This document shows positions 44,275 to 58,012 of a DNA stretch of 64,000 nucleotides, piece by piece. The translations under genes and the position numbers were made by a program. The number at the start of each line of letters is the position of its first letter. The first letter of the stretch is position 1. Origin of the DNA: Octopus sinensis (Eukaryota); contig NC_042999.1 in assembly GCF_006345805.1 (NCBI RefSeq), forward strand, positions 9,672,001 through 9,736,000, written 5' to 3'. The notes beneath the pieces were generated by a model. The model had not been told where the DNA came from. It searched no databases and saw only the letters and a program-made list of their open reading frames with translations.

Positions 44275-45402
44275 TTATATTGTAGTTTTATTGAGTCTTT
44301 CAATGAGTTCTGTGTACTTTTTACCATCTTTTGTTATGTACAGAAGCGAAGGGACATCGTCACCAAATTCTCTTAATTCGAAATACCTGAGTTTTATTGT
44401 TTCTTTACTGAATTTAAACACACGTGAATAATTAATGATCTCCTCAACAGAAAAGCCACACTCATTTCGCAAGAAGTTTAAAATGTATTGTATTTTTTGT
44501 ATTTTCACAGACAACAGATGTGGGTATTTCTTTACCATAGCATCAACAGTGCTACCATTACAACCAAGGTGTTTACAGAGATATTCTTTGGTACTCTGGC
44601 AATCTCCATAGATTGATGCCTTCTCAGCCAAGGATTTAACCATTAAATCAAATTCCTCGTCTTCAGCCTTCATTATTCGAGATAAACAATGTCTCCAGAG
44701 AAAAGACGGAATTTTATGTTTCTTCAATGTTGTTAGCTTCCTTTCAATATCTTCAGCTGAATATGCTAATAACCAAATCTTCTCTGGAATAATTGTCTTT
44801 AGTTCTTCATCAATGACTAACGAGTGTTCCAATTTCTTCTGTATCGTTGACAATTTAGATTTTTCTAACCATTCTGAGGTCTCTAAAATTTTTTGGATTT
44901 TAGCTTCTGAACAACCCAAATAGTCGACAAGAAGACTCTTTTTGTCCTGGTATTCTTGCCGTGCATGCGTATCCTTCAAATAGGTATCGTACCGATGATT
45001 AAAGTCTTTATTTGTGACATTAATCATCCAAAGACGGATATGTTTTTGATCAGTATTATTCCTCAAGCTTTCAATCCTTGACTTAACAGTTTCATATTTA
45101 CGTTTAAAGATGTCAGGATAGGTGAGAACATCATGGCCGCTGATTGAATGGTCAGCAAATAAATCCACGAGGCTTTTGAACTTGAATCGGGTCATTTTCA
45201 CAATCCTGTAATTACGTTTGAGGAAATCTAGAGACTGAGTTTCTTCACAAGCAAGCTTTTCAGTCAAGTACTTTTGCCGCCAAATATGTTCTTCTGATGA
45301 ATTGGTAATAAAACAGATTTGATTCAAACAGAAATCCTGGTTCCCAATGTGGGAAAAACGGAAACTGGTAAAACTCCTCAAATTAAACTTGAATAAAAAT
45401 CT
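44275..45402 (-). CDS. Mitochondrial transcription termination factor (mTERF family, DmTTF/MTERF1-like), main coding exon
   Basis: Uninterrupted 375-codon frame with mTERF-type helical repeats (YLCKHLGC...MVKKYPHLLSVKIQKIQYILNFLRNECGFSVEEIINYSRVFKFSKETIKLRYFELREFG). Polypyrimidine tttttCAG acceptor ending at 45403 in phase 0. No ATG at the exon start. Confidence 0.88.
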   Translation of the reverse strand, partial: RFLFKFNLRSFTSFRFSHIGNQDFCLNQICFITNSSEEHIWRQKYLTEKLACEETQSLDFLKRNYRIVKMTRFKFKSLVDLFADHSISGHDVLTYPDIFKRKYETVKSRIESLRNNTDQKHIRLWMINVTNKDFNHRYDTYLKDTHARQEYQDKKSLLVDYLGCSEAKIQKILETSEWLEKSKLSTIQKKLEHSLVIDEELKTIIPEKIWLLAYSAEDIERKLTTLKKHKIPSFLWRHCLSRIMKAEDEEFDLMVKSLAEKASIYGDCQSTKEYLCKHLGCNGSTVDAMVKKYPHLLSVKIQKIQYILNFLRNECGFSVEEIINYSRVFKFSKETIKLRYFELREFGDDVPSLLYITKDGKKYTELIERLNKTTI

Positions 45403-46032
45403 CTGAAAAAGAGCAAAAATTATAATCAGTAATATATCATCATCATCACCATCATCATTAATATCATCATCATCACCATCATCATTAATATCATCATCAT
45501 CATCATCATATCATCTCTGAGTATTATCATCATCATCATCATATCATCACTATCAGTATCATCATCATCAATATCATTTCTATGAGTATCATCATCATCA
45601 GCATTATCATAATATATCATCATCATCATCAATATCATCACTATCAGTATCATCATCATCATCATCATAATGGTTTTAACATATCTGTCCTCTTGCTAAC
45701 CCTCACCTCTTTCCAAGCAAAGTAATATTTTCCTCAGGGTTGGTCATATTTTCATACAACATTGGATACTGACAACCCCCACCCCCACCCTTGTTGTACA
45801 AAGACATCCCTCACACCATGTCAAGACAAGGGCACACAAGTCACAAATGGACATATATACATATATACACATATGCACACACACACACACGCACATACAC
45901 AATGGGTTTCTTTCAGTTTCCATCTCCCAAACATATTGACTCACAAGGTTTTTGACTTTTGATCTGCTCGGGGCTTTAATAAAATGCTATGCAGAGAGAT
46001 TGACCCTTAAGTCATGTGATCATTATCATCAT

Positions 46033-46067
<35 letters not shown>

Positions 46068-47404
46068 ATACATGAACATAAATACATACAGACATGGTTT
46101 TGGATTCAGTCCTTCAGCAGGGCACCTCGGACATCTCTTCAAACATAACACTGGACCCACCAAAGCATGTGAGTGAATTTGTAAAGATGAAAAAATGAAA
46201 GACGTCCACGATCATCATTTTAACGTCCACTTTTTCCATGTTGGCATGGATCAGAGGGAATTTGTTGAGGCAGATTTTATAAAGCTGGATGACCTTCCTG
46301 TCACCAACCTTCACCGGTTTCCAAACATAGCAATGAGTGTGTGTGTGTGTATGTGTGTGTATATGTGTGTGTGGTCATCATTTAACATCAATTATCCATG
46401 CTGGATGGATAGGGTGGTTTGACAAGCACCAATAAGCCAGAAACCTGCATTAATCTCCAGTTTTTCTCTCTCTCTCTCTCTCCCGATTTTCTGATCTATC
46501 TACAGGTATATTATACTCCTGCCCTCCACCCTGTTCCTCCTCCACCACCACTTATCACCAACCCACCCCCACTTCCTTTCTGAGCTTTCTCTTTTACCTG
46601 TTTCCCCCCCCCCATGCTGATGCTTCCCATCAACCATACTTCCACCTTTGTTCCATTTACTACATTAACCTCTACCCCCTCCCCCATCTCTAGCCACCAG
46701 TCACTCTCCTCCCACACTCTTATAAACTTATCCACCGTCCTTCCTCATCCCTCTTGTACCTTGAGGCTGGGTTCTGACACCTTGTTACCAACATCTCTAT
46801 CATCTTCCCACCTTCTCTTATACAATGCAAAGGAGCCTTGAACCTTTTCTGTATATTTCTTTACCACCCACAAGGGGCTAAACACAGAGGGGACAAACAA
46901 GGACAGACAAACGGATTAAGTCGATTATATCGACCCCAGTGCATAACTGGTACTTATTTAATCGACTCCGAAAGGATGAAAGGCAAAGTCGACCTCGGCG
47001 GAATTTGAACTCAGAACGTAACGCCAGACGAAATACGGCTACACATTTCGCCCAGTGTGCTAATGATTCTGCCAGCTCACTGCCTTTTCTCTCACACCTG
47101 TGCCTGTTCCTCTACCATACTTTAACTTTTTCATATTTGGCATAAAGGCACCTCCACCCACCACCACTACTACTACTACAACTCCACAAAGTTGTGGAAA
47201 CTTTTTCTTTTTGTCTTGCAAGGTACTTGGTGACTTCACTAGTGCTGGTGCCACATAAAATGCAACCAACAGACACACAGCCAAAGTCAGTGGTGTTAAG
47301 AGGGGCATCCAACTGTAGAAACCATGGCAGAGTTAGCAGTTATAGTAACTGTCTAAATGATAAAAATATCCATATTTACTATCAGTATCAGTTACTTGTG
47401 CTAG

Positions 47405-49230
47405 CCCTAGGCTTGGCTATGCAGGCACACTATCCCTTATCCCTTATCTGGTGGTCAATGCAGAAACTAGAGATAGACGAGTTGTACAATCCCTGTACAG
47501 AGATGCTGTCAGTAAGGTGAGGGTTGGCAACAAGTATAGCAAAGAATTCCAGGTAGAAGTAGGGGTTCACCAAGGATCAGTCCTCAGCCCCCTCCTATTT
47601 ATCATAGTCCTCCAGGCAATAACAGAGGAATTCAAAACAGGCTGCCCCTGGGAGCTCCTCTATGCTGATGACCTTGCTCTAATAGCTGAGTCACTACCAG
47701 ATCTATAGATGAAATTTCAAGTGAGGAAGCAAGGTCTAGAATTGAAGGGCCTAAGAGTCAACCTAGAAAAACCAAAGTTCGAGTAAGTAGGAAGGTGGAC
47801 AAATCACAAACCCTTTCAGGTAGATGGCCCTGCTCGATCTGTAGAAAAGGCATAGGTTGAAACTCCATAAGATGTACCCAGTGTAAGCTATGGACACATA
47901 AGAGGTGCAGCAATATGAAAGGAAGGTTAACCAGGAAGATAGTTTTTGTGTGCAGTAGATGCACAGGAGCAATAAACACTGAAGATGTACAGAAAACAGA
48001 TTCCATCACCTGCCAGGGGAAGAAACCAGAAGTAGTTGATAGCCTTCACAACCTGTGAGACCAAGTCTGTAGTGGGGATGGATGCTCTGAGAGCGTTACC
48101 ACTAGAAGAAGAATAGCCTGGTCAAAGTTCAGAAAGCTCCTAACTCTACTGGTGACAAAGGGCCTCTCCCTCAGAGTGAAAGGTAGACTATATGATGAAT
48201 GTGTGCGAACAGCCATGCTACATGGCAGTGAAACATGGGCCATGACTGTTGAGGACATACGTAGGAATGAAAGAAACGAAACTAGTATGCTCCAATGGAT
48301 GCGTAATGTCAGTGTGTATACACAACAGAGTGTATATGCCCTGAGAGAAGAGTTGGACATAAGAAGCATCAGATGGGGTGTGCAAGAGAGACGACTGTGC
48401 TGGTATGGTCATGTGCTGTGTACGGATAAGGAGAGCAGTGTGAAGAAGTGTCACACTCTAACAGTGGAAGGAACCCATAGAAGAGGTAGACCCAGGAAGA
48501 CATGGGATGAGGTGGTGATGCATGACCTCCAAACGTTGGGCCTCACAGAGGCAATGACGAAAGACCGAGACTTCTGGAGATATGCTGTGATTGATAAGAT
48601 TTGGCAAGTAAAGTGAGATCACAGCCATGGCTGATGCCAGTGTTGCATAACCAGCCCATTTAAAAGCACCCTTCAATCATTGGGCAATAAACTGCACTTG
48701 AGAAGACCGATGAATCAAGTAAAATTGAAATCAAAATCAAAATGGAAATTGTAGTTGTGGCCGATGTCAATGCCACCTGACTGGCAACCATACTGGTGAC
48801 ATGTAATAAACACCATTCAAGCATGGATCGATGCCAGTGCCACCTGACTGGCTCCTCTTGCTGGTAGAATGTAAAAAGCACCATCCGAACATGGTTGATG
48901 CCAGTGCCCCTTGACTAGCTCTTGTGCTGGTGGCACATAAAAAGCACCTACTACACTCTCAGAGTGGTTGGTATTGGGAAGGGCATCCAACTGTAGAAAC
49001 CTTGTCAGGTCAGATTGGAGCCTGGTGCAGCCTCTTGGCTTGCCATTCTTCAGTCAACATGGAAAGCGGACATTAAACAATGATGATAATGATGATGATC
49101 CCGCTGTAGAAACCATGCCAAACCAGACTGGAACTTGGTGCAGCTCTCCAACTTGTCAGTTCCAGTCAAAGCATCCAACCCATGACAGCATGGAAAGCAA
49201 ATGCTAAATTACAATGATGACGATGATGAC
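47405..49230 (+). mobile_element. RTE-like LINE (RT with inserted Cys/His finger) plus 3'UTR, decayed, in mTERF intron
   Basis: VGVHQGSVLSPLLF, ELLYADDLALIAES, MLHGSETW and RGRPRKTW, with a (GAT)n tail. The same 3'UTR recurs at 41000-41330(-), 43512-43915, 61030-61568 and 62725-63063. Confidence 0.88.
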
Positions 49231-49236
49231 AATATA

Positions 49237-49783
49237 TTGGGTTGTCCGGAAAGTTCGTGCCAATTTATAGCAGCTTATCTTTCGACTCATTTTAGAACAT
49301 GTTTGAGTCCATAAAATAGGATTTGACTACGCCTCCATTTAGAGCACAGTTTAAGCTATGTTTTTGTGGAAGAAGGTTTATGTTCCTATAACCTGTGTTA
49401 ATTCTGTAACCCTTTAAAATGGAAGATAAGAAAGTTCATTTTCAGCACTTGAGGCTTTAGGAACCAGACAAAAATTGCTGCAGCTCGGCTGGGATGTGTT
49501 ACCCCACCCTCCATATTCACCAGATATTACTCCTTCTGATTTCCACTTATTCAGGTCTCTGCTGAAAAGTCTTAATGGTAAAAATCTCAATTCCTTGGAT
49601 GATGTAAAAAGATATCTTAATGAATTCTTTGCCTTGAAACCACCTCAATTTTGGGAAGAGGGTATTTTCAAGTTAAAGGAAAGATGGAGACGTATTGTGC
49701 AACAAAATGGTTCATATTTGGCAAATATTTATTGACCTTTTTCTTTCTTTTAAAAATCAGCACGAACTTTCCGGACAACCCAA
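49237..49783 (+). mobile_element. Internally deleted mariner element
   Basis: TIRs TTGGGTTGTCCGGAAAGTTCGTGC / GCACGAACTTTCCGGACAACCCAA, TA on both flanks, and the HPPYSPDITPSDFHLF motif. Confidence 0.92.
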
Positions 49784-52700
49784 TAGAATAGATACATTGT
49801 ATCCCTGCATATCATAAGAAGCAACTAAGCAAGAGGGTTAGCATCAGGGAAGATGTTTGCTCATGAAACACTGCTTCAAAAAGTTTCCCTCCAACTCATA
49901 TCAGTAAGAATGGAAGGAGATAAAAACAATGCTGTTACTGATGAAACAAGAGCACTCAGAGAGCGCAAGCCTCCACCAAGGCAACACCGACGTCCTCTCA
50001 ACAATTAACCAGAGATGATTTTTAAAATGAGAATATCTGAAATAAACCCGACTGCTCTCACAAACGAGAATACTAAAAAATGAACCTGGTCATTCTCAAA
50101 AAGTAATTAAAAAAGAACAAAAAATAATCCAGAATCCTTGTCCGGTACCAGATCTATACCAAAATCTAATCAGTTCGTTCCAGTCACGAGGCCAAACATC
50201 TCTGAAAGTTTCATCCATCGGTTCTTGAGACATCTTATCCATGGGCAAACAAACAAACAAACACGACTGAAAACAATACCTCTGCTTTCGTTAAGGTGGA
50301 GGTAAGAAATATTCATTGACGGAAAGAGTTGTAAGAGGACTTTTTGGAGACCCACCCTTATTAATAAGTCAAAAGAATAAAATTCCTTTAAAAGGATGTG
50401 GATAATTTCATTGATAAGATAATACAATGAGAGAAACCTGATGCTTTTTTTTAATAAAGTTACATTTTATTATTTTATATAATTTCTTACAAACAGTGTT
50501 TGATGTGTGAGATACACTGCACTGGTTTCGTTAACAAGTCTCAGAATTCTAAACCAAGGGAAATAACTCTTGCACAGAGCTAATCTCTCTCTATATAAAG
50601 CTGAAGTTGTCTGTGTATGGCAGGTTTGGTAGCCTTCAACTAATACTATCTCCTCCGAGACCCTGTGGCACAAGTTGACCAAAATTGAGAGTATGATAGA
50701 AGAAGGCTTGCTCTTCCTTCCGTTGAAGAAAAAATTCAAATCAGACCACGGCAACACTAAAAATTATTTACATAAAAAAAGTGCTTTTTTCCTATGAAAA
50801 TCCCTATTTTTTACGATTTTTTGACTGCTGTGTCGCCATTTTTCGGTGTATTTCAACTAGAAAAACGTCCACTTAAAGAGAATAACAAGCTACATAATGC
50901 AACATTTTTACTTTTCAAAAATTCCAATTCTAAAGGGTCGAAACAAACCCGAGCAACGCCGGGCGATACTGCTAGTTCTTGCATGAATATGAGTTTCACT
51001 TTCTTTTTACCCTGCAGCTATGCTGGGGCACTGCCTGGAAGAAATTTAGGCCATCAAAATGACCAATGTACTTATTTTTATTTTTAAATCTCAGTACTTA
51101 TTCTATCAGTTTCTTTAGAAGAATTGCTAAGTTATAGGGATGTAAATACACCAACACCGGCCTTCAATCAATGTTGGAGGACAAACACAGACACAAAGAC
51201 ACACATACATATAAATTTACAACGAGCTTCTTTCAGTTTCCGTCTACCAAATCCACTTACAAGGCTTTGGTCAGCCCCAGGCTATAACAGAAGTCACTTG
51301 CCCAAAGTACCGGACAGTGGGACTGAACCCAGAACCATGTGGTTGGGAAGCAAACTTCATGCTACAAGAAATGGTTGAATATCACACAATCTCATTTTTC
51401 CCTGCCTTGGATCAGTAACTTTTTTACATTTATTCTTCCCAGACACAGGAGTGGCTGTGTGGTAAGTAGCTTGCTTACCAGCCACATGGTTCTGGGTTCA
51501 ATCCCACTGCGTGGCACTTTGCACAAGTGTCTTCTATTATAGCCTTGGGCTGACCAAAGCTTTGTGAGTGGATTTGGTAGATGGAAACTGAAAGAAACCC
51601 ATCATATATATGTATACATATATATGTATGTGTGTCTGTGTTTGTCTCCCCAACATCACTTGACGACCGATGCTGGTGTATTTATGTCGCCATAACTTTG
51701 CGGTTTGGCAAAAGAGTCTGATAGAATAAGTACAAAGCTTACAAAGAATAAGTCCTGGGGTTGATTTGCTCAACTAAAGGCGGTGCTCCAGCATGGCTGC
51801 AGTCAAATGACTGAACCAAGTAAAAGAGTATTCACCATCGACCACACTTCCACCCATGTTCACCATTCTCTACGTTCATCTCTTTCTTCACCTCTAACCA
51901 TCCGTCACTCTCTTGCAAGGGCCACCCACCCATCCATCCTCGATTCTCTCTCTTTATTCTTTTGTTATCCACTTTTTTGCTACCCTGAGGGAATGCCATG
52001 TCACTTCATTTCTACCATTCATCTTCCTTTCCTAGTGGGATGGTCACGTAGTCCTCTGCAGCAAGGCACCCATTCCTCATTGTCATACTTTAAGCTCTCA
52101 TCACCACATACAATACTGCTCCACTTCAGTCAGTTGAGAGGTTTTTGTCTTGCAAATTGCCATTGCTAGGGCCACGAAATAAAGTACCTGGTCCACCCTG
52201 TAAAGTAATTGGCATCAGGAAAGGCATACAGCTATGGAAACCATGCCAAAGCAGTGATGGTCATCTGGCTCATTTGAGTCCATTGAAGTGTTGAACAGCC
52301 AATCAGAGCTCACCTTGACTTTGTTGTCAAGTTAACACACTCTACCAAGTAGACTCAAGATGAAGAACAGTGTTGTTTTAAGTCAACAGATCGCCCAAGT
52401 TATGCCTGATTTTAGAAGGAGACAAGTAATTAGAGAGATTTGCTTCTATACCCATTATCGGGTTTTGTTAGGGCCCCATAGGGTAAGGATGTGGATGGTA
52501 AAAATGTGGGTAGAGGGTGATGTGCAAGCAATCCTCTCCCCTTACTGTTTTAGAAATTAAACAACAACTCAAATAACTACGCAGAGGCAGCCATGGTTGG
52601 AACAAGAACAACAAGCATTCTTAAAAGGGAAAAGAAGCATGGTCATTCCTTACCAAAGTGACCTTATCTTATCGCCCATCTCATGCGCTCATAAGTTAGT

Positions 52701-54457
52701 TTGATAGTTCAGCTATCAAACCTATTCCAACGCAGACTAATGGACCATAGACATTACATCATGACAATAATGATGATGCTGTATATATTGGCTGATTCTT
52801 CAAATTGGGTTATCTGCATGTTTCATCGATTGAGGTTAATCTGTTAGACTTTAATCATTAAAGCAAATTGACTGATTAGCATTTAGAAATTTTCTATCAT
52901 TGTTAACTGACGTATACAAAGAGAGAAATTGCCGACCATGGCCGTGTGGTTGCTTCCCACTCCTGTGGTTGTAGATTCAGTCCCACTGCACAGCACTTTG
53001 GTCATGTGTCTGTTACTAAAGCCCTCAACTGACCAAGGCTTTATGAGTTGGTCACAGAGAGAGAAACTGAGAGAAGTCTATCTTATATATTTAGGTGTCA
53101 ACATCATCATCATCATCATCATCATCATCTAACGTCTGTTTTCCAAGCTGACATGAGTCAGACGGTTTTATAGGATCTGGCTGGCCGTGAGGCTGTTTTT
53201 GAGCTCCAAAGTCAGTTTTGGCATAGATTCTAAAGCTGGATGCATTTCCTAACACCAACCACTTTACAATGTGCACTGAACTGACATGGGGACATTAATA
53301 CAGTTATTAGAATAGACTGAAATAAAGGCGATGAGCTGCTAGCGCACTGGGCGAAATGCTTAGCAGTATTTCATCTGCCGCTACGTTCTGAGTTCAAATT
53401 CCGCCGAGGTCGACTTTGCCTTTCATCCTTTTGGGGTCGATTAAATAAGTACCAGTTATGCACTGGGGTCGATATAATCGACTTAATCCGTTTGTCTGTG
53501 CTTGTTTGTCCCCTCTGTGTTTAGCCCCTTGTGGGTAATAAAGAAATAGGTATTTCGTCTGCCATAACATTCTGAGTTCAAATTCCACCAAGGTCGACTT
53601 TGCCTTTCATCCTTTCGGGGTCAATTAAATAAGTACCAATTACGCACTGGGGTCGATGTAATCGACTTAATCCCTTTGTCTGTCCTTGTTTGTCCCTTCT
53701 ATGATTAGCTCCTTATGGGCAATAAAGAAATAAGAATAGACTGAAATAGCAGTCAAACCACCAACAGATCAGACCCTACTGTTTTACAAAAGAAGGGCAA
53801 GTTAAAAAACTAAAAAGAAACCCTAGAGAGATTATTTGGCTAAATGGCAGAATGGTCCCAACCCTTCTTTGATCCTACATTAGATTTTCGTTTCCAGGGC
53901 CCCATCAAACTAAAACTGCTCACCTTGTCAATAGCAGAGTTTCAAGGCCGTGAATTGAAAATGTTTTCCTACAAAACGAGATTACTAGGGAACAAGAATA
54001 AAATAGGGGACAGAAGGGTGCTGATAAGATTCTGGAAAGCATTCATTGATTTGGTGTCGTTAATGATGTTCGATCCACCAAATATTTTGATTAAATTTCT
54101 AATTAATGTGAGAAAAACATGGCTATAACTACCCAAGTGTACCAAATGTTTAACAGCAGAGAGAACGATTAACAGCAAATGTAAGAAATACGATTACTTT
54201 TCTGCAAAATTATCATCTCATTCACCCACAAAACATTTCGACTTTTCAACAGAAAAAAAAACTCTTCACATTCATAAGACCCCTGAAAGGAAAAAATGGA
54301 AAGAAGCAATTACTGTCCAAATCAGTTCAAACCGAACTGATGCATAACAAATTCTATGATTTCCAAGTTGTAAAACAAATGCGCAGTTTCGAGAAAACAC
54401 GAGTCATGAAGTGTCAGGTTTAAAGAACAAAGAAAAGAGTTTGGTACTATTTGAGAA

Positions 54458-54669
54458 CAGTGGTCCCGGTGCGCGCACTCGCGTAGTCGCGCTAGCTAGT
54501 CGTGACTAGTCGATCCTACAACGACTACCTATCAAAGTAAATAAAACACAAAATAAATATTTTTTTAAAACAAAGTAAATAACACACAAAAACACAAAGT
54601 AAGGATCGACTAGTCATGACTTTATTTACTTTGCTAGGTAGTCGTTGTAGAATCGACTAGTCACCACTG
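54458..54669. mobile_element. MITE-like foldback element
   Basis: Ends CAGTGGT/ACCACTG with an internal ~44-bp IR (54502-54545 vs 54621-54664). No TSD seen. Confidence 0.6.
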
Positions 54670-55888
54670 TCATGTCCTCAATAACTCTTCGACAAAAGAA
54701 GGTTAATCAGTATTTTGGGGGAAAAAAAAGAAAAAAACCTTGATTAATATTTAAAAAAAAGGGGGGCAGTCGTTGGTTTTAGGGACGCAGAAGTATGTAG
54801 TTTAAGCCCTGTAGAATATTCATTTGCTTTCCAAACGAAAACATAAAAATTAAAAACAAGAAAGACAGAAATTAAGGCATAAACTGCATACGGCTGCCCC
54901 ACCACCAAACATTCGTTTCCTGGTGACTTTAGGAAAGTTATCAATAACAAAGTTGGTGGGACACACACCTGGAGTTCCAAACTACACACACATCAGGCTC
55001 CCGTGGCTTTTATGGGTTTTTCCACGAGTAACCTTTCGAAGCGCCTCCCCCTATTGGGAGTTTTTACTTGTTATATATTCGTTATCTTGCATTTTTACAC
55101 GGACAATTCAAACGGACAAAACCCTTTTGTAACTTTCGTCCTGTGTTTTGTCCTTACATGTTTTATTTGATTTTTGTTAGCCCTTGTGGCCAATAAACGA
55201 GAATTAATCATATTATTATTATGTGTGTACATGTTTGCGTTTAAGACAAAGCATTACATCATTTTCCGTAATAAACTGGTGGAGAAGTGTTTTAACCACA
55301 GAAGTGGATTTAACTGAAGCTAAAAGACGAAGGAAGTTGCGGCCTGGTTTATAATATAGTTTATTTTTGTAAAGGCAGAAGATTAGAAACTTGATTTAAT
55401 TAATAAACGAAAGAAAAAACCCGAAGGGAAAATATTATAAAGTCGTAAAAGAAAGGAGTTTGGAAGACAAATTAATGCTTTAAAAGTTAAAAAAAAGTTT
55501 TAAAAACAAACAGAAATTAATATTTACCATCGAATACATATCTGTGGATTTTTTTTCTGTTCAGAGAGAGAAAGATATTTAAGTCTTAATATAATAATAG
55601 AATTTAATAAATTCGTTGTTTTTATTTCGTCGAGAAATAAACATTTTCCTGGAAAGAGTGCTCGGAGTAAAGCGAAAATAATCTACTGTGAATATTTAGT
55701 CCACTTCTAAAATTTCTCTTTCATTCGTTTAACATGAAGTATAGAATCAAAATAGATAAAAATCGTAATATATATTTTATTTTATTATTTGAAAGTCCTC
55801 TGAATGATATTTTTAAATAAATAAAATGAAAATTACATACTTTAAATTCTGTCCCTGAACAAGTGGAGTATTTCTGGTGTCACCTTAC

Positions 55889-55903
55889 ACCGTGTAGAGC
55901 CAT
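55889..55903 (-). CDS. Candidate first coding exon of the mTERF gene (MALHG)
   Basis: ATG GCT CTA CAC GGT followed by GTAAGG. Phase 0 matches the acceptor at 45403 and gives an Arg/Phe/Ser-rich N-terminus, MALHGRFLFKFNLRSFTSFRF. Confidence 0.55.
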
Positions 55904-56064
55904 GAAAATAGTTTTTTAATATTTCGTAATTTTTAAACAAATTTGTTGAAGAGAAGCACATATTGTCATTTAATTAACGATCAATTATATTTAATAGAAT
56001 CGAATTACTGTGATGGAAATATGCATTTTTGTATCTCAACTTCATTTGTTTTTTTAATGTCCAG
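55904..56064. promoter_or_regulatory. Candidate bidirectional promoter / 5'UTR region
   Basis: Lies between the minus-strand ATG at 55903 and the plus-strand donor CCAG|GTAAGA at 56064/56065, in a repeat-poor island. Confidence 0.4.
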
Positions 56065-56171
56065 GTAAGAACTTTCTCTTTTTATATATATTTTTTTTCT
56101 CACCTGTCTTTTTTTGTATCGCTATTTTCAACCCTTATTTCTAAACGATCTCAACACACACACACATACAA

Positions 56172-56203
<32 letters not shown>

Positions 56204-56445
56204 GTGTGTGTGTGTGTATGTATATATGTATGTGTGTGTGTGTAACCCCTTCTCGTCTTCTATGACAGACAGAACAGAAAATCAGTTTGTTTCACTTTCA
56301 CAAAATCGATTTCTCCTTGTTAATGTCCGTCCGCTGTTGTTCTATTGATTAGATCGTTGTCAGATTTATTCTTGTTGTATCCATTGTAACTGGCAACTTA
56401 AATAAATAAATATTTAGTCAAAATACATTGTATTTTGGTCAACAG

Positions 56446-56511
56446 AAATGCCAACACCTGTATTTTGAGGTCAGTGCAGATGACCCCAAACAGTATTAAT
56501 AATGTATCGAT
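56446..56511 (+). other. Candidate 5'UTR exon of the plus-strand gene, containing uATGs
   Basis: aacAG acceptor at 56444-56445 and GTGAGT donor at 56512. Confidence 0.4.
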
Positions 56512-57029
56512 GTGAGTATATACATATATTATAGCACCTGCTTCTATGCATCGATGATTTAGTATTTGATAATTAATTGTTTATTTTATTTCGTGCTGGA
56601 AACATATTGCGAGTTTAACTTTCTAATAATTCGATCTTAAAAATACGAAGATCAGGATTCGATGTTACACCATTTTATTTGTGTTTACTTAATAAATTTC
56701 ATGTCCCGGCCCTAAATCCAGTATCTTTCGGAGTGGGCGAAATCCCAAGTTTTTCTTTTTTCTCTCCTCGAAGTGTAAGCAAGTGACGTAATTGAAAAGA
56801 TGGCTTTCACTTGAAATCGAAACTCTCTCGCTCAGAGTTTACCTTTTTCTCTAACGACTTCCTCAAAATCCTATCGAAATGGATAAATAAATTAGTGGCA
56901 CCCAAATTACCAACGTTAACGAATGGGGTTTCTGCTTAATGTTTGTAAAAAGTTGATAGGCCTCTAAATGAGAAGTTATTGTGGAAAAGAACAATTAAAA
57001 GATATTTACAATTTTAAAAAAACTGACGA

Positions 57030-57082
<53 letters not shown>

Positions 57083-57479
57083 AGTAGCGTGGCTGGTGGG
57101 GGGGGGGACAATCTGCCCCGATGACACTTATGTACTTTTGGTCCTGCTGTATAAGCTTATACAAGGGACGGGAAGCTGCGCAAACTCAAAGGCTGGTGGT
57201 ACACTTTCTTGCTACGCCACACACTCTCTCTCTCTCTCTCTCATTCATCGTGGAGGTGGGTGTTGTGCCCCTAACCTTCATAGGCTCTCCGTGACCAGCG
57301 AGCGAGCTCAATGTGGAAAAACAAGTAATAGGTGATTTATTACAAAACACACTGGTTTACATAGAAGCAATGTTCTGCATTAAACTTTCATTTCAGTTAT
57401 ACTGCTGGTGTCTTTAATGGAATCAGTAAAATACCTCAACAAATGCTTTGTAAAATATTCTGAAGCTCAAATCCCGTCA

Positions 57480-58012
57480 GCGAAAATTTTTTCTTTTCCC
57501 CACGAGAGTTCCGGACCCCAGTAAGGAATTCATTTGCATACAGCCAATCAGAGCTCACCTTGACCTTGTTGTCGAGTTAACAAACACACTCTACCAAGTA
57601 GACTCAAGTCGACCGATCGCCAAGTTATGCCTGATTTTAGAAGGAGACAAGTAATTAAATAAATTTGCATCTATACCTATTATCGGGTTTTGTTAGGGCC
57701 TCATATGGTAAGGATGTGGATGGGAAAAATGTGGGTAGAGGGTGATGTGCTAGCAACCCTCTCCTCTTACTGTTTTAGAAAGCAAACAACACAAATAACT
57801 ACGCAAAGGCAGTCATGGTTGAAACATGAACAAGAACAACAAGCATTCTTAAAAGAGAAAAGAAGCATGGTCATTCCTTATCTTAGTGGCCTTCTCTTAT
57901 CGCCCATCACTTGTTACGCGTTCCTAAATTAGTTTGAAAGTTGAGCTCTGACTTGCTGTATGCAAATGAATTCATAACTGGGGTCCGGAACTCTCGTGGG
58001 GAAAAAATTCGC
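57480..58012. mobile_element. Non-autonomous Mutator(MULE)-like element
   Basis: ~60-bp TIRs and a perfect 9-bp TSD, ATCCCGTCA (57471-57479 and 58013-58021). A TIR-less copy of the interior lies at ~52296-52715. Confidence 0.85.
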
